DNA of 64,000 nt from positions 21,607 to 85,606 of IMG/VR virus record IMGVR_UViG_3300025735_000003; one strand, 5' to 3'. The position numbers and the translations under genes were made by a program. Positions 57,370 to 64,000 of the stretch are shown one piece after another. Source of the DNA: a virus. Lineage: Duplodnaviria > Caudoviricetes. How positions within the stretch are numbered: position 1 is the stretch's first letter; every line of letters begins with the position of its first letter. The notes under the pieces were generated by a model that had not been told where the DNA came from, searched no databases, and saw only the letters and a list, made by a program, of their open reading frames with translations.

Positions 57370-58036
57370 AATTCTTTCTAAAGAACACTCACAGGCAATA
57401 CCTGCAATACATAAAGATATGAGAATGTTCTGTAGAAAGCTCACTGGCACTCGGGAGAGGGCAAGTACCAATGAGTAAAGACATACTTGAGGAGAAGCAA
57501 GCTGTCTTTAAGGTCCGGCATAGGATAGGAGGAAGACGCCGGGAGGAAACATAGCATTAATAGAATTTCTTCTTAGTTGCTATGGTGAATTCGTAATCCT
57601 GTCTGGTCCGTTACAGGAGGAACGTTTCGCTTATGGAAGATACAGCCATATCACTATCTTCTTAATGGCGAACTGACACAGATGAGTATTATGGCTCTCA
57701 CCCTAGTAAGTCTTAAATAAGTACTCTGCTCACCCTCCCAACCGACATTCACTTTTGGAGGCTACGCGACCTAATAAGGTTTCGACTTATTACAAAGTCT
57801 CGTCAGGCGTGTTAAATAAGTGTGAATGCTGAATACCTACTTGCAGAGCGGTGGTATTGTACGCTCGTAAAATTAACGCTGGTGTTGTTTATCTCGTCCT
57901 TATCACGAGGTGGCAGAATCCAGCAACTGCGCATTCTTTTATACTTTCACAGAAAACAGCATTAGCCGTGTCGCTGGGGTAGAATTCTGCTTTCTTTGCC
58001 CAACCAATATTCCTTGCTCTTCAGGAGCTTTTCACA
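57370..58036 (-). ncRNA. candidate large structured RNA or leader (about 670 nt)
   Basis: Consensus promoter upstream; no credible ORF; about 13-14 stems including nested ones; pyrimidine-rich loops. Confidence 0.6.
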
Positions 58037-58042
58037 GTACCT

Positions 58043-58070
58043 ATTATACAGATTTATTCCTGAATGTCAA
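58043..58070 (-). promoter_or_regulatory. consensus sigma70 promoter
   Basis: TTGACA-N16-TATAAT. Confidence 0.85.
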
Positions 58071-58100
58071 CTAATATCTTTCATTTCGTCATAAAAGATT

Positions 58101-58277
58101 CTAACTATCTGAATCAGGCATTACTTTCTTAAAGACAGTTCCATAGTAGCTGATGGTTTCATGTTGATACTCCCAACGGAATGCACCGTCTAGGAATTCT
58201 TCCAAACTTCCATCAATATCACAACTGCAATCAATATCTTCGTTGCCACAAGAAGGGCAATAGTTTAACTCACCCAT
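58101..58277 (-). CDS. small Zn-ribbon-like protein (58 aa)
   Basis: MGELNYCPSCGNEDIDCSC; AAGGA RBS. Confidence 0.6.
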   Translation of the reverse strand: MGELNYCPSCGNEDIDCSCDIDGSLEEFLDGAFRWEYQHETISYYGTVFKKVMPDSDS

Positions 58278-58310
58278 TCTTGGGATTCCTTTAGTTAGGT
58301 CAATGAAGTA

Positions 58311-58340
58311 AGAGTATCAGTAAATTGACGTCCGTGTCAA
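58311..58340 (-). promoter_or_regulatory. sigma70-like promoter
   Basis: TTGACA-N18-TACTCT. Confidence 0.6.
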
Positions 58341-58357
58341 GTGTTTATAAAAATAAA

Positions 58358-58801
58358 TTAAATATTTCTATCAAAAGCATAATACCTATCTGATGCAACT
58401 TGTGGCGTTAGCTCTTTGGCTGCCCTCTGATAGTAACTCTTAAAGAATAACTTAGCCCGTTTCTTATCAAACCTTTCTTTCAAGAATCTCTTAGAATATT
58501 TCCAAGCAATGTACTCTTCTTTCAAAATACAATCTGTACGGAGGTGAAAAGATTCAACAGGTTCAAGACTGCAATTCTTTATACAGCGTTTGTAAATCTT
58601 ATCCCAGCGACGTAAGTGTCCAACCTCGTGCATAAAGCTATCAATGAATTTAGGATAGAAGGGGTTTATGAGAATCTTCTTGTTGTAGTTGTCAAAACTA
58701 TATACACACTCAGCACCTTTCATCCAATGAAAAGGATTCCACTTTATACCATATTTCTTGCAGACACTGATGGCTAGCAGCCAATCTTTGATTAGTTTCA
58801 T
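58358..58801 (-). CDS. putative zinc metallopeptidase (HExxH)
   Basis: FMHEVGH plus downstream EEYIAW. Confidence 0.6.
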   Translation of the reverse strand: MKLIKDWLLAISVCKKYGIKWNPFHWMKGAECVYSFDNYNKKILINPFYPKFIDSFMHEVGHLRRWDKIYKRCIKNCSLEPVESFHLRTDCILKEEYIAWKYSKRFLKERFDKKRAKLFFKSYYQRAAKELTPQVASDRYYAFDRNI

Positions 58802-60057
58802 ACAACAACACTCTTTTTATAAACTTCACCTTCATCTTTCCAACTAATAGTGACTGGAACCCACTCCTCAACACCAAACTGTTCCCGGAAGCTATCACCC
58901 ATTGCTTTAGTAAGAAGATCAATATCACTTCGTTTTACAATGAAGCTGTCATGCACGGGAAGGCACGGTTTACCTTGTTCTACAAAATGCTTCAACACTT
59001 TATGTGCAAGCCAACTATCATCATTCTGCAATCGTAGACCATAGCTGTCATCCCGACAGAAGTACTTAGTAAACTTAGGGAAAGCTTCCATAACAATAAA
59101 GTGTACATATGCGCCCTTGGTGAAAGTCATTTCAGGATCATCTTTATATTTTGTAATTTCTTCCTGAATAGCTTTCTGTGCCGCTTTCTTATCTTTCGCA
59201 TTGAACATGATGTTTACAGCAAGCTTGACGATCAGACGATTCATGTCCGTTTTCTCATCATCGGGCAATATATCCATATACACATCTTTTGGAAGATTGA
59301 ATGTATCAATACCTTCTTTAGCTGCACATATACGGAAATGTAGGGAGTTGTAATCGACTTCTACAATCTCTTCACCATCAATAGTGATTTCAAGACGTGC
59401 TGATGTCTTCTTATTCTTGATACGAAGTACATCTGACTTATAGAACCTACCACCATGATCCATATCTGTGTTAAAGATACGGCAATAGAAATTAGTGAGA
59501 GGTTTAGCATCACCAACACGAATGATACAGCCTTCATTGATCTTATTTAATTTCTCTACAAGATCAGCAGCCTCTTTAAGCCGTTGGGTATTAAAGAAAT
59601 TAGTATCCAATCCATTCTCATCACGAAGCTGAATTGTTTGGTATGCAGACATATAGCTTGTATATGCAATATCTGCTTGCTCTTGATCAGTACAGAATTC
59701 TTTAATAAACTCGTCTGTAGGTACAATATAGCTCACTGTTCTCTTCTCCTTAATTCTGTGTCCGTTACCAATAACGTTAATAGCATAACCCATCTCTACA
59801 AGAAGATCAACACATTTAATTACTTGTGCTGGATTCAGGTTCTTCTTGTTTGAGTTTACATTAGGCTTGTACTGCTTACGTCTTGAGTATACCAATCTAT
59901 CTTGTTTCTTAAGACAAGCAAATATATTGGTTATGATTACACTCATTACACTAGGATATCGTACACCCATACCTCTTACCTTATTACTCACTACCACACC
60001 AACCTTAATATTGTATGTTAGTAGTCTTGTACTTACGTTATTCTCTTCCTCCTCCAC
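58798..60057 (-). CDS. minimal family-A / T7-RNAP-like polymerase domain protein
   Basis: GGRFY; VEVDYNSLH (motif A); RLIVKLAVNIMFN (motif B); LQNDDS; PVHDSFIV (motif C). Confidence 0.7.
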   Translation of the reverse strand: MEEEENNVSTRLLTYNIKVGVVVSNKVRGMGVRYPSVMSVIITNIFACLKKQDRLVYSRRKQYKPNVNSNKKNLNPAQVIKCVDLLVEMGYAINVIGNGHRIKEKRTVSYIVPTDEFIKEFCTDQEQADIAYTSYMSAYQTIQLRDENGLDTNFFNTQRLKEAADLVEKLNKINEGCIIRVGDAKPLTNFYCRIFNTDMDHGGRFYKSDVLRIKNKKTSARLEITIDGEEIVEVDYNSLHFRICAAKEGIDTFNLPKDVYMDILPDDEKTDMNRLIVKLAVNIMFNAKDKKAAQKAIQEEITKYKDDPEMTFTKGAYVHFIVMEAFPKFTKYFCRDDSYGLRLQNDDSWLAHKVLKHFVEQGKPCLPVHDSFIVKRSDIDLLTKAMGDSFREQFGVEEWVPVTISWKDEGEVYKKSVVV

Positions 60058-60182
60058 CTATATCTCCTCTCTACCATATGGGGGTCCAAATTAGCTACAA
60101 GCCTTACAGGACGTAGCCTACAGCCATATCCCAGCTATCATAGTTGTGTTTTAGTGCCTTCTCTCAAGCACAATGTCCAACT

Positions 60183-60211
60183 ACAATGACACACATAAAA
60201 TTCCCTGTCAA
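60183..60211 (-). promoter_or_regulatory. possible leftward promoter
   Basis: TTGACA-N17-CATTGT (weak -10). Confidence 0.4.
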
Positions 60212-60256
60212 CCCTCCCACAACATTATTTTTATTCCAAACAAATCTATTCACTGC

Positions 60257-60285
60257 TTGCAATCCATCCTCAACAGTGCTATCCT
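60257..60285 (+). promoter_or_regulatory. rightward early promoter
   Basis: TTGCAA-N17-TATCCT with extended TG. Confidence 0.65.
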
Positions 60286-60310
60286 TTGTACATCAAATAG
60301 GAGAACCCAA

Positions 60311-60475
60311 ATGGAAATTAAGGTAACACCAAGCTTCGCTCTAGAGGTTGCACGTAAGCTGATTGCTCAAGGATCTTATTTTACGCTTGAGCACACCAAG
60401 CACCACACAATCGTGGTGGCCTCAAAGGAAGACTTGAAGAAGGCTGGTGAATTTAATGAACTGAAGAGGGTTTAA
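60311..60475 (+). CDS. hypothetical early protein
   Basis: AGGAG RBS, MEIKVT. Confidence 0.6.
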   Translation: MEIKVTPSFALEVARKLIAQGSYFTLEHTKHHTIVVASKEDLKKAGEFNELKRV

Positions 60476-60802
60476 TAATGCCCATCATCCACTTACACAC
60501 CTACCGTCTCCTGAAACAAATCCTTGAACAAGCAGATAAGGTTGTGATAGTGTCGGTAACACGAGAGGATGGGAAGCAAACGACATACACGTATGTGAAA
60601 CGTAAACAAACTGAGAAGGGAGAGAGTAAATGACAGATAAACAATTTCTAACGTGGATTCACGAGCGCTTGGTTCACGTTTACCATGAGGACAATCACAT
60701 GGATTACATGTGGAAGCTTCGTGCTATCATTCAAGCTACACCAAAAGACCGGACAACACCAAATGTTATTGGTGAAACCTATCTTGAGGGGATGACAGCT
60801 AA

Positions 60803-61084
60803 ATGAACGTGCATTTTGAAATACTGATGACTGAGATAACCTTAAACAAAGAGATGTCTTTCTACAACCATTTGTTTTGGGATCTGAAACCTAACCGTTC
60901 TGGTATAACCTACTTTAAAGAAATCTATGACGATGTTGATGAACACTCAGCCTTCTACGAGTTCTTCCGTAATGGTGAGTTGATCTGCACAGGAGAAGGT
61001 GAGGGAATTGACCAAACAAAGATTGGTGTTGGAGGAGTTAGTGTTTATGTACATATTCATTACCCGGAGCATCTGTTAAAATGA
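60803..61084 (+). CDS. hypothetical early protein
   Basis: Operon packing. Confidence 0.6.
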   Translation: MNVHFEILMTEITLNKEMSFYNHLFWDLKPNRSGITYFKEIYDDVDEHSAFYEFFRNGELICTGEGEGIDQTKIGVGGVSVYVHIHYPEHLLK

Positions 61085-61256
61085 CCACCACATTCCGAGA
61101 CAAAGACATAGACGAAATCTTCGTTATCCATTCACCAAACAACACTCTCCTCCACATAAGCTACTTAGGTCCAACGGAGGAGACATTCTACACAAGGGCT
61201 GATATAGTGAGATTGCTTGATATTATTGATGGGAAGGAAGAGGGAGTGATGAGGAA

Positions 61257-61517
61257 ATGAATACTAGGAAATTTAGAGCATGGGCTGTAGACTTAGAGTA
61301 CACAGACGGCGAGAAGGTAACTGCCTATTGGGACTTCACAGCCGGGGTGCATTGGTGGAATGATTGTTGTATTCCAAGTCACCCAATACAGGAGGTTTGT
61401 GTTCCCAATGAGTCCTATAAAAATGAGTGGGTTAAAAGCTACTCTGATGTTTATGTTGTAGAGATAACACGAACACCTAAAATTGAAGAGATAATTAGGA
61501 TAGAGAAACTTAGATGA
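61257..61517 (+). CDS. hypothetical early protein
   Basis: GAGG RBS. Confidence 0.6.
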   Translation: MNTRKFRAWAVDLEYTDGEKVTAYWDFTAGVHWWNDCCIPSHPIQEVCVPNESYKNEWVKSYSDVYVVEITRTPKIEEIIRIEKLR

Positions 61518-61581
61518 AACAAACACATACAAATACGCCGTACAAGCTGGGATAAACTATTTAAAAATAAAGGAGACGCTG

Positions 61582-61857
61582 GTGAATAAACTGATTTCTG
61601 AAATTGAGAATATCTATAGACAAGTGTTAAAAGAACAGGGGAGAATCCCTTACACTCAAGAAGGTTTTTCATTTCTGTTAAAAGAAATGAATAAATTGTT
61701 ACCTGAACAAACTTCCTACAGTCTTAGCATTGAAGACCTTGACGAATTTTCCGCAGAAGACAGATTGCTACGTAGATTACCTAAAATTACTATTAGTATT
61801 AAAAGAACAACTAAAGAGACTAATGAATCTGTGGTGGTTTGGAGGGATTTGGTATGA
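61582..61857 (+). CDS. hypothetical early protein
   Basis: AAGGAG RBS. Confidence 0.6.
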   Translation: MNKLISEIENIYRQVLKEQGRIPYTQEGFSFLLKEMNKLLPEQTSYSLSIEDLDEFSAEDRLLRRLPKITISIKRTTKETNESVVVWRDLV

Positions 61858-62078
61858 CAGACTGTGTTAAACCTAATACATTGAAACACTTGTTTTACAT
61901 GGCTCAAGGGTTTGGTGCTTGGCAGCACTTCAATTATTATCTTGAACGTTACACGCAACTACCCCTGTTGAAAGACAGAGAAGATATTGATAATATAAGC
62001 AGCTTGTATTGCATGGCAAACAAGGATAAAATTGTCAGACATCTGGCTAATGACTTATTTGGGGTGGATTTGAAATGA
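61854..62078 (+). CDS. hypothetical early protein
   Basis: GGAGG RBS. Confidence 0.6.
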   Translation: MTDCVKPNTLKHLFYMAQGFGAWQHFNYYLERYTQLPLLKDREDIDNISSLYCMANKDKIVRHLANDLFGVDLK

Positions 62079-62377
62079 CCTACCTATTCCTTTGGCTGAT
62101 ATGTGCTACATGCAGCTTTTATCTACTCAAAAACTACGTCTCATCCAACCTGCGACAGATAGGCATCCCAGACGCTAGCATCGCCACAGCTATGAGAAAT
62201 GCCGCTAAGAAAGACGCTTCGATTGAAGAAATCTACAATGCTACAGACAATACAATCAATACAGCATTTTGGACAATTATTTTAGTAGAAAATCTATTGC
62301 TTTGGCCTATGACATTGGTTATGCTTGTTTGGTGGCAGACAATAGATAAACAAGACTTTTCGGATTTTAGGGGATGA
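62075..62377 (+). CDS. two-TM membrane protein
   Basis: Hydrophobic N- and C-terminal segments. Confidence 0.65.
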   Translation: MTYLFLWLICATCSFYLLKNYVSSNLRQIGIPDASIATAMRNAAKKDASIEEIYNATDNTINTAFWTIILVENLLLWPMTLVMLVWWQTIDKQDFSDFRG

Positions 62378-62378
62378 T

Positions 62379-62597
62379 ATGAATAAGTGGACACAAGCGC
62401 TACCAAAGACATCTGGATATTATTGGTTCTCAATGGAATATGAAGATCATCCCCTGTGCCTTTATTTTGAAGTTCAATATGGTGTTGCTGAGACATACGG
62501 ATATTTTTACAATGATCCTCTGACGTGCGATACCTCTAAGGGTTACTATTTTTCAGAGTATCCAGTTGAGCCTCTTGGATGGGAGGATAAACAGTGA
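62379..62597 (+). CDS. hypothetical early protein
   Basis: PKTSGYYW motif. Confidence 0.65.
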   Translation: MNKWTQALPKTSGYYWFSMEYEDHPLCLYFEVQYGVAETYGYFYNDPLTCDTSKGYYFSEYPVEPLGWEDKQ

Positions 62598-62779
62598 CTG
62601 ATAAACTCAACCCAGAAGACATGCCCATAATTGAAGGGCTTGACTTATCTAAATGTAAAGAGTTCCACATAGAAGACTATTTTCTATCTTCACATGGAAC
62701 ATTTGACACAAACGATTGCATTAGTCACGAAGACATGCTACATTTATTTAAAGTGAAGGAGAATGAAGTTGACAACTAA
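62594..62779 (+). CDS. hypothetical early protein
   Basis: GGAGG RBS. Confidence 0.55.
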   Translation: MTDKLNPEDMPIIEGLDLSKCKEFHIEDYFLSSHGTFDTNDCISHEDMLHLFKVKENEVDN

Positions 62780-63164
62780 GATTCAGTATGAAATGGTGAT
62801 CACAGATGCAGACAGCACCCTGACAAGTCTGCATACCCTTGAAGCAGCTATTGATCAGACAGACTTGATACTAGATGGTCAAGTTACAGTGGCAGAGAAT
62901 GCTCTACTGGCTATCATCAGTTCAGCTCAAGATAAGCTTGACCTTATTGAACAGGAGGAAGTGATGGATAATTTCCTTGCTGAAATGAAAGTGGTGTTTG
63001 ATAAGTATACTGCTAAGATTGAGTTGGGGAGTACTGAAACAGGATACGGTGAAAATTGGGGTGGTGCAGGCACTACTGGCGTGAAGTTCACAGTTACATT
63101 TGAGGGGACAACAGCAACTAAAGAGATTAATAAGTCTGTGATTGTTAGTGGAGATTTGGTGTAA
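62763..63164 (+). CDS. hypothetical early protein
   Basis: AAGGAG RBS. Confidence 0.65.
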   Translation: MKLTTKIQYEMVITDADSTLTSLHTLEAAIDQTDLILDGQVTVAENALLAIISSAQDKLDLIEQEEVMDNFLAEMKVVFDKYTAKIELGSTETGYGENWGGAGTTGVKFTVTFEGTTATKEINKSVIVSGDLV

Positions 63165-63415
63165 TGGGATTTCATCTAGACGTAACAGTTGAAAAAGAAT
63201 ATATTGACCACGGTCATGATGGTAAGCCATACTACCACGAAGAAATTAATATGACTGGTAATGGTGTTTGTGATACTATCTGCATTAAACAGGGTGAGAA
63301 CGTAATTGGTATGTCTGTGTGGCAGTTTAAAGATTTGATTCAACAGCTACGAGGTACATCATTTTGGTGTTATGCAGCACTAGACTACAATAAACTAGGA
63401 GATTCACCACAATGA
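63164..63415 (+). CDS. hypothetical early protein
   Basis: Coupled ORF. Confidence 0.6.
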   Translation: MGFHLDVTVEKEYIDHGHDGKPYYHEEINMTGNGVCDTICIKQGENVIGMSVWQFKDLIQQLRGTSFWCYAALDYNKLGDSPQ

Positions 63416-63663
63416 AACCACAAGAGATTGACAAGCTGAGGGCGTTGGATACCACAGGCTGCAATGGTACTATCCAAGCAGTCTTGATGGACCCCAACAT
63501 CAACCAAGCACATTATGCAGATGTTTTATATTATTTATTGAGTAAAACCTTGGAAGAGAAAGCTTACTTGGAACGAGCTAATATTAAACTAACTAATGTC
63601 CTGAAGAGTACACATCTCTATGATGAGCTTGACTGGGCACTTGAATTGGAGGATAAGGTATGA
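63412..63663 (+). CDS. hypothetical early protein
   Basis: AGGAG RBS. Confidence 0.6.
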   Translation: MKPQEIDKLRALDTTGCNGTIQAVLMDPNINQAHYADVLYYLLSKTLEEKAYLERANIKLTNVLKSTHLYDELDWALELEDKV

Positions 63664-64000
63664 AATTCAGTAAAGAATTTTGGTGGGAATATCTGCTAGA
63701 AACTGACTTAAAAGATTTATCTAACAAAGAGGAAGAATTGGAGGTACTAAAACAAGTATTCTATTGTGGTTATATTTGTAGACAATCTGAGGATACGATG
63801 ATTAGGAATGAATTGGAACGACTTAAGAATATGTGAAATAATTGTTTAGAAAGCTTGCATAATAGATTGAAGTGTGGGAAGCTAGAGATGTTGGGAAAGT
63901 GGTGAAGCAAAGAAAAGGTGTGGAAATTTAATTATTGAGAAGGAAATAAGTGCATGGGAAGTCGCGAGAGAGCGTTTGTAGTACAAGTTGACGGTCAGGA

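Noticed and set aside
57346-57471. N-terminal extension of the 56938 ORF given in the ORF track (177 aa)
   Set aside because: It runs through RNA stems, has no RBS and looks non-protein-like. The ATG at 57345 is preferred.
56600-58100. tRNA cluster, tmRNA, RNase P RNA or group I intron as the identity of the structured regions
   Set aside because: No GGTTCGAATCC-type T arm, cloverleaf or CCA end, tmRNA termini or RNase P core was seen by eye, and there are no flanking exons. An Rfam scan is still needed.
1-64000. Genome-wide stop-codon recoding (TGA or TAG)
   Set aside because: Essential genes are intact under code 11 and TGA terminates several of them. Only one internal TGA was found.
1-64000. 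Prophage or temperate lifestyle
   Set aside because: No integrase, att site, repressor or host genes in the window.

Overview
About 64 kb of a lytic myovirus (contractile-tailed phage) genome, roughly 40% GC. Gene order resembles the PAK_P1/Otagovirus/Felix O1 type. A Pseudomonas-like gammaproteobacterial host is suggested by the split NrdJa/NrdJb and sigma70 promoters, but this is inference. Layout: (i) 1-7812, minus-strand small early genes, including a DenV-like gene broken by one TGA and an HTH+RHH pair beside an origin-like spacer; (ii) a divergent promoter switch at about 7.8-8.0 kb; (iii) 8063-29576, plus-strand replication and nucleotide metabolism (T7-like primase-helicase lacking a Zn-binding domain, family A DNA polymerase, SSB, exonuclease, phosphoesterase, HAD, MazG-like, ThyX, class II RNR, a secreted SGNH hydrolase) with several free-standing homing endonucleases; (iv) a bidirectional terminator at about 29.6 kb; (v) 29748-60057, minus-strand lysis, tail, head and packaging genes, an orphan fibre cassette, two long hairpin-packed non-coding regions flanking a TerS-like gene, an HExxH protein and a minimal PolA/T7-RNAP-like polymerase; (vi) from 60.3 kb, plus-strand early genes. 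No integrase, tRNA or CRISPR array was seen. The strongest novelty candidate is an ORF-free, multi-stem RNA of about 670 nt (57370-58036, minus strand) driven by a perfect TTGACA/TATAAT promoter, whose loops display anti-Shine-Dalgarno-like CCUCC/CUCCU motifs. All structure and homology calls were made by eye; no folding or database search was run.
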